A stretch of DNA of 64,000 nucleotides, taken from positions 62,001 to 126,000 of the IMG/VR virus record IMGVR_UViG_3300036770_007495, one strand, 5' to 3'. Shown piece by piece: positions 1-6,337 of the stretch. The position numbers were made by a program, and so were the translations under genes. Positions within the stretch are counted from its first letter, which is position 1, and each line of letters opens with the position of its first letter. A model generated the notes under the pieces. That model was not told the origin of the DNA. It ran no database searches and saw nothing but the letters and a program-made list of their open reading frames with translations.

Positions 1-58
1 AGATTAGCGTCTGCCTGAAGAGCAGAAAAGACTGGAGCGTTACCAGTAGCAGCCACCA
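1..58 (+). tRNA. tRNA-Phe(GAA), 5' end outside window
   Basis: ctgc-ctGAAga-gcag; T-arm actgg-agcgtta-ccagt; ACCA. Confidence 0.8.
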
Positions 59-62
59 TTTC

Positions 63-151
63 GGGACCTGCCCCCATCAGCGGACTGTAAATCCGTTGCC
101 ATTAATAAGATGGGAAGTTGGCAAGTGGTGCGTTACCACCAGGGCCCACCA
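63..151 (+). tRNA. tRNA-Tyr(GTA), D-arm-rewired
   Basis: gggacct/agggccc+ACCA; gcgga-ctGTAaa-tccgt; no D hairpin; cccatc 73-78 pairs gatggg 109-114. Confidence 0.75.
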
Positions 152-306
152 TTTCAAGTTGGAGATGACGCGCTGTGTTGTCTTTAAAACGCTAACCAAC
201 AAGAACAAACTAGTAATGCCGCTAGTATATACAAAGGCAGTCCTCATCACCTTATGGTGCTGATATGGCTTCTTTTTCCGTGAGCCCGTTAATCACGGAA
301 TATTTT

Positions 307-397
307 GGAGAGAGCCCGGCTAGACGAGGAGCAATCTTGGAAAGATTGTAACACTTCGAAAGAGGTGTTAAGGGTGCGAGTCCCTTTCTCTCCTCCA
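307..397 (+). tRNA. tRNA-Ser(GGA)
   Basis: ggagaga/tctctcc; caatc-ttGGAaa-gattg; long V arm; CCA. Confidence 0.85.
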
Positions 398-403
398 TTT
401 TAT

Positions 404-493
404 GGGCAGTTAACTAGACAAGCGCGCTGGGACCGACTTGAAATCGGATCGAGGTCGAAAGGCCTTGGGGTGCAAGCCCTCAGCTGCCCGCCA
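404..493 (+). tRNA. tRNA-Ser(TGA)
   Basis: gggcagt/gctgccc+GCCA; ccga-ctTGAaa-tcgg; long V arm. Confidence 0.85.
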
Positions 494-499
494 TTTTAT

Positions 500-574
500 G
501 CGGATATAATTCAGTGGTAGAATATCTCGTTGCCAACGAGAGTGTCGTCGGTTCAAATCCGACTATCCGCTCCA
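500..574 (+). tRNA. tRNA-Gly(GCC)
   Basis: canonical cloverleaf, TCCA. Confidence 0.95.
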
Positions 575-579
575 ATTAA

Positions 580-643
580 CCGTAGTGGAGAATCTACGGC
601 ATAACAAAATCTCTTAGATTGCAGAAACCTAACAAAACGCTGC
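580..643 (+). ncRNA. two tandem small H-type pseudoknots
   Basis: ccgtag/ctacgg with loop gaga pairing tctc; ttag/ctaa with loop gcag pairing ctgc; A-rich linkers. Confidence 0.45.
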
Positions 644-655
644 GCCTATTTCAAA

Positions 656-732
656 CGGGATGTAGCTCAGCCTGGTAGAGCGCTTGCTTTGGGAGCAAGA
701 TGTCGTCGGTTCGAATCCGGCTATCCCGACCA
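656..732 (+). tRNA. tRNA-Pro(TGG)
   Basis: canonical cloverleaf, ACCA. Confidence 0.95.
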
Positions 733-734
733 AT

Positions 735-816
735 TTTGCGGAGCAGAAATGCTAGTGTGCGGCCGAAAGACTGATGATGCGGCGTTTCGGGTAAAACCTC
801 GCGATCATCTCGCAAA
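735..816 (+). ncRNA. structured RNA, unknown
   Basis: tttgcg/cgcaaa closing stem, gca-gaaa-tgc, gatgat/atcatc. Confidence 0.35.
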
Positions 817-822
817 TTTAGA

Positions 823-924
823 TGTGGGTGAAAGTCCCAGAAGCATCACAGATGCTTGTTCCACGACGGGCTCTAAAGACTTGAACTGACAAGTGCAAGG
901 GTGAGTGTAAAGGTACTCCCCACA
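823..924 (+). ncRNA. multi-hairpin structured RNA
   Basis: tgtggg/cccaca; aagcatc/gatgctt; acttg/caagt; gagtg/tactc. Confidence 0.45.
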
Positions 925-934
925 AATTTCAAAT

Positions 935-1009
935 GCGGTGTAGATGTTAATGGCTGCACACCTGACTTCCAATCAGAAGGAGGGGGTTCGATTCCCCCAC
1001 ACCGCACCA
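935..1009 (+). tRNA. tRNA-Gly(TCC)
   Basis: ctga-ctTCCaa-tcag; TTCGATT T-loop; ACCA. Confidence 0.9.
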
Positions 1010-1013
1010 ATTT

Positions 1014-1234
1014 TATCAGAAGGAAGTTGGCTTAGAAGCAGCCATCTATAATGAGTGAAGCGAAGTACGAGTCTCCAACATCAACGGCCTAGTAAGGTGA
1101 CTGTGATAATGCATGATGTATCAGAGTCAGATATTGGCTCATGCGTTGGATATCGTCTGACTGCGGATAGTAAAAGAGCACCCCGTAAATGGTAAGGCTT
1201 AATTCTTCTTAGGCGTAACAGCACACCTCTGATA
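1014..1234 (+). ncRNA. 23S rRNA H43/H44 (uL11-binding site) mimic with internal insertion
   Basis: GGAAGTTGGCTTAGAAGCAGCCATC 1022-1046 and GCGTAACAGC 1213-1222, closed by tatcaga/tctgata. Confidence 0.75.
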
Positions 1235-1242
1235 TATTTTAA

Positions 1243-1336
1243 GGATCCATGACAGAGCCTGGTATTGTACGTCCCTGCTAAGGACAGGTCAGCCCCTAAA
1301 AAGGCTGCGTAGGTTCAAATCCTACTGGATCCGCCA
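1243..1336 (+). tRNA. tRNA-Ser(GCT)
   Basis: ggatcca/tggatcc+GCCA; long V arm. Confidence 0.9.
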
Positions 1337-1374
1337 TTTTGTTGCTTTAAATCGTTCATGAGATAAATCACGTT

Positions 1375-1800
1375 ATGAATGAAATTGAACAACTTAAATC
1401 AGAGTTTGAAGAACTCAAAAATGCACAACAAGAAACAATCTTTGAAGACCACAACATTGTGGGTGATGCAGAATCATATGTTGGTTCATTGAACAGTGGT
1501 CTAAAAGAGCTAGTTAATCACTACGTGATGGATTATCTCATCATCATGAATGCGTTAAAGTTCATGACTGGCCCAGTTGCTTGCTATCAAGGCAAAGCAA
1601 TTGAGGCACAAACAATCAAGTTTGAAACAATGAAAGAGTTGAGAGACTTTCTCAAAGACAAACAATATTTGCTGTATGTAATTGTTGCACATGCAAGTGT
1701 TACATATGAAGAAGTGGAATGGACTAAAACAATGGCACCTAATGCTAAAACAATTGGTGCAAAAATTTCATACCTCTTTAGAGGTCATATTCTAGAGTAA
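1375..1800 (+). CDS. hypothetical protein
   Basis: 141-aa ORF filling the gap between tRNAs. Confidence 0.75.
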   Translation: MNEIEQLKSEFEELKNAQQETIFEDHNIVGDAESYVGSLNSGLKELVNHYVMDYLIIMNALKFMTGPVACYQGKAIEAQTIKFETMKELRDFLKDKQYLLYVIVAHASVTYEEVEWTKTMAPNAKTIGAKISYLFRGHILE

Positions 1801-1808
1801 TTTCAATT

Positions 1809-1885
1809 CGGGTGGTGTCTGGACAAGTAAACGAACTCGGTTTGGAGTCGAGTAAATGTGGGAGCGTTACCCACTCACCCGACCA
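1809..1885 (+). tRNA. tRNA-Pro(TGG), divergent second copy
   Basis: cgggtgg/tcacccg+ACCA; ctcgg-ttTGGag-tcgag. Confidence 0.75.
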
Positions 1886-1889
1886 ATTT

Positions 1890-2312
1890 ATGAGTACAAA
1901 GCATCAAGGGGATATCTCTGAAGCTTATGCAATAGCAAAATTCTTAGAGTTAGGATTTGTAGTAGCAAAGCCAGTAGGAGACAATCAGAGATATGATCTT
2001 ATCATTGATAGAGGCAATGGATTTGAACGAGTTCAAATAAAAACAGGTACACATTCTACTGGATGTGTAGTTGCATATACAAGATCTGTGTACAATAATA
2101 CAAAACAGTCAAAAGTTGTTGGATACAAAATATCGGAAATTGATCTAATTGCAGTAGTTGTTCACAATACTAAATGTGTTTATTTGTTGCAAAGCAAAGA
2201 ATTCACTGAGGATAATAGTGACAACGTAAAGAAAACCATCTACCTTAGAATTGATCCACCGAGAAACAATCAAATAAAAAAAGTTAAATGGGCAAAGGAA
2301 TACGTCATTTAA
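1890..2312 (+). CDS. free-standing PD-(D/E)XK endonuclease (group I intron-associated, I-Ssp6803I-like)
   Basis: GDISE...PVGDNQRYDLIID...RVQIKTG; start moved to ATG after tRNA-Pro. Confidence 0.8.
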   Translation: MSTKHQGDISEAYAIAKFLELGFVVAKPVGDNQRYDLIIDRGNGFERVQIKTGTHSTGCVVAYTRSVYNNTKQSKVVGYKISEIDLIAVVVHNTKCVYLLQSKEFTEDNSDNVKKTIYLRIDPPRNNQIKKVKWAKEYVI

Positions 2313-2313
2313 T

Positions 2314-2389
2314 ACACGAGAAGGCACCACGGTTGGGCCGGTAGGTTGTTACCCTATTGAACTTGGTTCGATCCCAAGCTCGTGTGCCA
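2314..2389 (+). tRNA. tRNA-Asn(GTT), atypical
   Basis: acacgag/ctcgtgt+GCCA; gtagg-ttGTTac-cctat. Confidence 0.7.
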
Positions 2390-2398
2390 ATTTCAAAT

Positions 2399-2474
2399 GC
2401 TCCAGTAGCTCAATTAGAAGAGCGGTCGCCCGATTAGCGATAGGTTGTAGGTGCAAGTCCTACCTGGAGTACCA
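2399..2474 (+). tRNA. tRNA-Ile(GAT) with C33
   Basis: tcgc-ccGATta-gcga; ACCA. Confidence 0.8.
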
Positions 2475-2487
2475 ATTTCAAGAATGT

Positions 2488-2528
2488 TAGTGGTTAGGAG
2501 GATAACCACTAGAGAAAACACCTCCCCA
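2488..2528 (+). ncRNA. H-type pseudoknot (GGAGG loop / CCTCC tail)
   Basis: 9-bp tagtggtta/taaccacta, loop ggagga, cctcc 9 nt downstream, then CCA. Confidence 0.55.
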
Positions 2529-2537
2529 ATTTCAAAT

Positions 2538-2612
2538 GGACTGCGAGCTTGTGTGGATAAGCAATCGGCTTTTAACCGATAGAACAGGGTTCGAATCCCT
2601 GGCGGTCTACCA
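2538..2612 (+). tRNA. tRNA-Lys(TTT)
   Basis: atcgg-ctTTTaa-ccgat; ACCA. Confidence 0.9.
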
Positions 2613-2620
2613 ATTTCAAT

Positions 2621-2697
2621 GCCCATGTAGCCCAATTGGTAGAGGCGTATGACTTAGGATCATAATGTTGGGGGTTCGAATCCCTCTATGGGTACCA
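2621..2697 (+). tRNA. tRNA-Leu(TAG), short variable loop
   Basis: tatga-ctTAGga-tcata; ACCA. Confidence 0.85.
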
Positions 2698-2705
2698 ATT
2701 TATAT

Positions 2706-2785
2706 GGGCATGTATACCCTCGCGCTACGGACGCGTTGAAAGGTTAATTAGAAACATGCGGGTGCAACTCCTGCCATGCCCACCA
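2706..2785 (+). tRNA. tRNA-Arg(ACG), D-arm-rewired
   Basis: gggcatg/catgccc+ACCA; cgcg-ctACGga-cgcg; ggtt-AATTAGA after the anticodon arm. Confidence 0.75.
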
Positions 2786-2793
2786 TTTCAAAT

Positions 2794-2877
2794 ACACTAG
2801 CAGCAAGTGGTGGTTGCGGGTTCTCTCCAAAAGAACTGTTTTTACTAAAGTGGGTTCGATTCCTACCTAGTGTGCCA
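2794..2877 (+). tRNA. tRNA-Trp(CCA), enlarged variable region
   Basis: acactag/ctagtgt+GCCA; gttct-ctCCAaa-agaac. Confidence 0.8.
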
Positions 2878-2888
2878 TAAATATATAC

Positions 2889-3773
2889 ATGAGTGTCATT
2901 TATAATGTTGACCAATACAATCAAAGTAAAAGCATAAGTGCTAAAATAGGTGTATTGTGTCCATGTTGTACCAATTGGTTTGAGACAACTAGACTGCTGT
3001 TACAGCGAGCGTTAAAGTCTAACAGACTAAAATTTTGCTCTATAAAGTGTGCAAATAAATTTCAATCAGAAAAGATACAGCTTGAATGTGTTTTCTGCAA
3101 ACAACAAATAGAGAGAGTTGCAAGTCAACTTAAAAATGTAAAACATGTATTTTGTAATCACTCTTGTGCAGCGCAATTTAACAACAGCTTAAGACCTAAA
3201 AAGTTAAAACAACCAAAGAAAGCTAAACCTGTAGCAAAAGTTGTTGAGCACATTTGTATTAATTGTGGAAAAATATCCATTGTTTCTGCTCGTGCTAGTC
3301 TCAAAAAGAAATTTTGTTCTGGCAGTTGCAGAAACGTAATCAATAATAAAACCATAAGAGGTACGCGATCGAAAGTAGAGAAAGAGTTTGAATTAGCAAT
3401 TAAAGCAAATTTTCCAGATTTGAAGTTTAATTGCAATGACAGACAAATTCTTGATGGGTTGGAGCTTGATTTTTACTTTCCTGAAATTAATCTAGCAATA
3501 GAATTTAACGGTATATGGCATTTAAAACCAATACGTGGAGAAGAACTTTTAGTAAAATACAAACAAAGAGACAAACACAAAAAACGCTTATGTGAAGAGA
3601 AAAATATTAAACTTTTAGTGCTTTGTGATGAAGCTAGTTCCAACAAATCAATTGATGAGCAAGTACATAAAGCAATTGCGTTTTTAAAACAATTTCAACA
3701 TGCTTCAGAAGCTACAGTAGACGGGCCGCTCCCTCTTAAGGAGAATATTTGTGTGGTTGCAACTACCACCTGA
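2889..3773 (+). CDS. free-standing Vsr/DUF559-like endonuclease with N-terminal Cys-rich zinc repeats
   Basis: repeated CxxC..FCSxxC; LELDFYFPEINLAIEFNGIWH. Confidence 0.8.
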   Translation: MSVIYNVDQYNQSKSISAKIGVLCPCCTNWFETTRLLLQRALKSNRLKFCSIKCANKFQSEKIQLECVFCKQQIERVASQLKNVKHVFCNHSCAAQFNNSLRPKKLKQPKKAKPVAKVVEHICINCGKISIVSARASLKKKFCSGSCRNVINNKTIRGTRSKVEKEFELAIKANFPDLKFNCNDRQILDGLELDFYFPEINLAIEFNGIWHLKPIRGEELLVKYKQRDKHKKRLCEEKNIKLLVLCDEASSNKSIDEQVHKAIAFLKQFQHASEATVDGPLPLKENICVVATTT

Positions 3774-3780
3774 AGCACCA
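3702..3780 (+). tRNA. tRNA-Lys(CTT)
   Basis: gcttcag/ctgaagc+ACCA; ctcc-ctCTTaa-ggag. Confidence 0.75.
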
Positions 3781-3787
3781 ATTTAAT

Positions 3788-3863
3788 GCTCCGTAAGCAG
3801 ATATAGTGATGCGGCTCTCTTGTAAAGAGCAGACAGGGGGTGCAAGTCCCTCACGGAGCTCCA
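3788..3863 (+). tRNA. tRNA-Thr(TGT)
   Basis: gctct-ctTGTaa-agagc; TCCA. Confidence 0.85.
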
Positions 3864-3963
3864 TTTAAGGAAGTATCAGCTGAGGTGGACGCTCTGCGGA
3901 GAAGTGTTACTTGTGCAAGAAAGCTAAACGAACGCTTTCCAGCTAGCTTCCAACAATTTCAAT

Positions 3964-4037
3964 AGCTCCTTAGCATAAAAGTAATGCATCTGGCTTTGAC
4001 CCAGATGAAGTTGGCGCAATACCAGCAGGAGCTGCCA
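3964..4037 (+). tRNA. tRNA-Gln(TTG)
   Basis: tctgg-ctTTGac-ccaga; GCCA. Confidence 0.85.
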
Positions 4038-4042
4038 TTTTT

Positions 4043-4225
4043 ATGAAAACAGCAATTGATTTAAAAGAATATTTGAGTCAAAACTCTTTAACAGATGTAT
4101 TTGAAGAACCTGTCAAAGTTTTAATTCAAATGGAAGACGATACTTATAAACATTGTACAATATGCACAATGGCATATGTTTGGTCTGGTGAAAGTGAAGC
4201 ACAAAAATGCCTTATAATAGGTTGA
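4043..4225 (+). CDS. small hypothetical protein
   Basis: 60-aa ORF between tRNAs. Confidence 0.6.
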   Translation: MKTAIDLKEYLSQNSLTDVFEEPVKVLIQMEDDTYKHCTICTMAYVWSGESEAQKCLIIG

Positions 4226-4237
4226 ATATTTTCAAAA

Positions 4238-4312
4238 TGCTCTCGGAAGGTAAGATCTTGAACTGTCTCATAAGCAGTTATAAAGTGGGTGCAATCCCCA
4301 CGGGAGCGACCA
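4238..4312 (+). tRNA. tRNA with CAT anticodon (elongator Met or Ile2)
   Basis: actgt-ctCATaa-gcagt; reduced D arm; ACCA. Confidence 0.7.
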
Positions 4313-4352
4313 ATTTAAGGAAATTCAATATAATAAGAGAGTAAATTTAAAA

Positions 4353-4430
4353 GTCCCTGTAGTTAACGGAAGGCTATAACATCGCCCTTTCACGGCGAAA
4401 TACCCGGTTCGACCCCGGGTGGGGATGCCA
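4353..4430 (+). tRNA. tRNA-Glu(TTC)
   Basis: tcgcc-ctTTCac-ggcga; GCCA. Confidence 0.9.
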
Positions 4431-4444
4431 AAACAATTTCAAAT

Positions 4445-4518
4445 GACCCTGTAGATTAATAGTAAATCGCCACGCTTTCAACGTGAAGACGACGGAGCAT
4501 AACCGTCCTGGGTTGCCA
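4445..4518 (+). tRNA. tRNA-Glu(TTC), second copy
   Basis: cacg-ctTTCaa-cgtg; GCCA. Confidence 0.8.
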
Positions 4519-4527
4519 ATTTCAAAT

Positions 4528-4605
4528 AGAGCCGAAGTCAAACAGCATTGACGCTCGCCTGTCGAGCGAGATATAAAGTGGGGGCAGCACCCACCGGCTC
4601 TGCCA
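4528..4605 (+). tRNA. tRNA-Asp(GTC)
   Basis: ctcgc-ctGTCga-gcgag; GCCA. Confidence 0.85.
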
Positions 4606-4614
4606 ATTTCAAAT

Positions 4615-4693
4615 TCACGGGTAGTTTATTTTTGGGTAAAACAACCTTGGCATGCAAGGGAGAAGGGTGTTCAAATCACTCGCCTGTGAGCCA
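4615..4693 (+). tRNA. tRNA-like gene with non-canonical anticodon loop (ggCATgc)
   Basis: acceptor, D and T arms and CCA present; no U33. Confidence 0.55.
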
Positions 4694-4701
4694 ATTTCAA
4701 A

Positions 4702-4775
4702 CCTCCTGTAGCTCAAAGGTAGAGCTCTCGGTTGATAACCGAAGGACGTAGGATCGTTACCTGCCAGGAGGACCA
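4702..4775 (+). tRNA. tRNA-Ile(GAT)
   Basis: tcgg-ttGATaa-ccga; ACCA. Confidence 0.85.
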
Positions 4776-4784
4776 ATTTCAAAA

Positions 4785-4860
4785 GCCCCTATAGCCCAAC
4801 AGCAGAGGCAATACGTTAAGGGCGTATTCAGTGCAGGTGCAAATCCTGCTAGGGGCACCA
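4785..4860 (+). tRNA. tRNA-Leu(AAG), short variable loop
   Basis: atacg-ttAAGgg-cgtat; ACCA. Confidence 0.8.
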
Positions 4861-4865
4861 ATTTT

Positions 4866-5048
4866 ATGAAAATAATTGTCAGCACAGAACAAGAAAAGAT
4901 TGCTTTATTAAAAGCTTCAAAATACATTCATGATCTAAAATGTTTAGATACAAGCGATGATGCTGTTAATACAATAGCTCATTTGTATTGTGCACCATTT
5001 TTAATTGAAGTTGATCCTAATTTAAAAATTTCAGTTGAACAACAATAG
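4866..5048 (+). CDS. small hypothetical protein
   Basis: 60-aa ORF between tRNAs. Confidence 0.6.
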   Translation: MKIIVSTEQEKIALLKASKYIHDLKCLDTSDDAVNTIAHLYCAPFLIEVDPNLKISVEQQ

Positions 5049-5077
5049 GAAAGAGTATATAATGTTGTAGATAAAAA

Positions 5078-5153
5078 TCCCAAGTAGCTCAGCGGTAGTA
5101 GCGAGTGGCTGTTAACCACTAGGTCGCTGGTTCGATCCCAGCCTTGGGAGCCA
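5078..5153 (+). tRNA. tRNA-Asn(GTT)
   Basis: canonical cloverleaf, GCCA. Confidence 0.95.
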
Positions 5154-5163
5154 TTTTCAAAAT

Positions 5164-5237
5164 TGCAGGTAGGTGGTCTAGTGACCATTCTGGGCTCATA
5201 ACCCGGAGAGCGTGGTGCGATTCCCGGCCTGCTACCA
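5164..5237 (+). tRNA. initiator tRNA-fMet(CAT)
   Basis: GGG/CCC at the base of the anticodon loop, 1-72 mismatch, ACCA. Confidence 0.8.
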
Positions 5238-5246
5238 TTTTTTAAG

Positions 5247-5274
5247 TTGATAAAGACAAACAATACGCTATAAT
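5247..5274 (+). promoter_or_regulatory. sigma70-type promoter
   Basis: TTGATA-16 bp-TATAAT, 6 nt before ATG 5281. Confidence 0.6.
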
Positions 5275-5280
5275 AATAAC

Positions 5281-5469
5281 ATGAATACATACGAACAATT
5301 GAAGGAGCTTGTAGAAGCATTTGCCATTGAAGACGAAAAGTTCAATAATGGCAAGTCGTCTGCAAGTACAAATGCACGTAAGCGTTTACAAGATATTATT
5401 GTGCTTGCAAAGACTCGTCGCAACGAAATTACGGCTGAGAAGAATGCACGCAAGCAAGCAAAAGCTTAA
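5281..5469 (+). CDS. histone H1-like (Hc1-family) small basic protein
   Basis: EKFNNGKSSASTNARKRLQDI..LAK..R.EI pattern. Confidence 0.7.
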   Translation: MNTYEQLKELVEAFAIEDEKFNNGKSSASTNARKRLQDIIVLAKTRRNEITAEKNARKQAKA

Positions 5470-5481
5470 GCGTAGTAATTA

Positions 5482-5557
5482 GCCCGGTTAGCTCAGCGGT
5501 AGTAGCGCCTCCTTTACACGGAGATTGTCGGCGGTTCGATCCCGTCACCGGGTACCA
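5482..5557 (+). tRNA. tRNA-Val(TAC)
   Basis: canonical cloverleaf, ACCA. Confidence 0.95.
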
Positions 5558-5563
5558 GTTTAT

Positions 5564-5638
5564 GGGGCTCTAGTGCTAGCGGTAACACGTCGCCTTTGCA
5601 CGGCGAAGTTTGGGGTTCGACTCCCCAGAGCTCCACCA
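5564..5638 (+). tRNA. tRNA-Ala(TGC)
   Basis: G3:U70 pair; ACCA. Confidence 0.95.
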
Positions 5639-5647
5639 ATTTCTAAA

Positions 5648-5734
5648 TGATCGGCGTCTGAAATGTATAAAGCCGGATAACCCGCGGAGATTGGGTCGGA
5701 TGAGATTAATAATGACGAGTATACCCGGTCACCA
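5648..5734 (+). ncRNA. CCA-ending RNA with an acceptor-like stem but no cloverleaf
   Basis: tgatcgg/ccggtca+CCA; gtata/tatac. Confidence 0.45.
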
Positions 5735-5736
5735 AT

Positions 5737-5878
5737 TCCTCGGTAGTGTAATGGTGCAACGGTCAGCAGCGAAAGATCGGGTCTTCCTTAAGGGTCTGCA
5801 GCAAACAGACCAAACAGGCGAATCTTAGCGAATGTCTGCGGACAACAGGTGTTGGTTCGAATCCAACCTGAGGACACA
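5737..5878 (+). ncRNA. tRNA-shaped RNA with the anticodon arm replaced by a large domain
   Basis: tcctcgg/ctgagga; D-like tagtgtaatggtgcaac; perfect T arm gttgg-ttcgaat-ccaac. Confidence 0.6.
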
Positions 5879-5880
5879 TT

Positions 5881-6082
5881 TTGATAGCAAGGAAAGACGC
5901 AGTTCGCGGGTAATGAGAAAGCAATGAGTGGGGCCGGGTTGGTCAATGGGCTGCAAATGATTGCAACGTCTGCAGCGAGCACCAACTGGACGGAAGCATT
6001 GCAAAGTGTAGATTACAAATGGAGAATGGGCAAGGAGGCTGGGTCTACCAGCATTAACTCCCCGATACCTCACCAGCTATCA
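5881..6082 (+). ncRNA. ~200-nt structured RNA
   Basis: ttgatagc/gctatcaa closing; gcaatg/cattgc; gttggt/accaac; gctgca/tgcagc; gctgg/ccagc. Confidence 0.55.
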
Positions 6083-6086
6083 ATTT

Positions 6087-6225
6087 CAGAACATTCAATC
6101 AACCGCAACACAGAGGTCGATCTTGCAAGCCGAGTACCTCTGACGGCTCTGATAACAGGTGCGCTTGCACAAGCCTTGCGAATGGTTCTGCATGCACCAG
6201 CTGAATTAGCTACTCAGTGTGGTGC
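6087..6225 (+). ncRNA. structured RNA
   Basis: cagaac/gttctg; cagaggt/acctctg; gcacca/tggtgc. Confidence 0.45.
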
Positions 6226-6237
6226 TAAATTTTCTAT

Positions 6238-6312
6238 GGACGTTGAGCCAGCTGGCGTGGGCGGAAGTCTGCAAAACTTCTTAGGTGGGTTCGATTCTCA
6301 CAACGTCCTCCA
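6238..6312 (+). tRNA. tRNA-Cys(GCA)
   Basis: gaagt-ctGCAaa-acttc; U73; CCA. Confidence 0.9.
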
Positions 6313-6337
6313 ATTCTAGTACGCGTATCCGGCGCGA

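Noticed and set aside
764-790. CGAAA / CTGATGA as a hammerhead ribozyme
   Set aside because: Core motifs are adjacent, leaving no room for stems III and I.
823-924. Complete RNase P RNA (GAAAGTCC)
   Set aside because: Too short and no P4 3' strand; kept only as an S-domain-like speculation.
1014-1234. True 23S rRNA gene or contaminant
   Set aside because: Only two short motifs; flanks are tRNAs and the closing stem is non-rRNA.
1375-1800. MTGPV as a second capsid-fragment (QPMSGPV) mimic
   Set aside because: Similarity limited to about five residues.
6150-6176. GATAACAGG / GCACAAGC as further rRNA mimics
   Set aside because: 8-9-nt matches without the surrounding rRNA structure.
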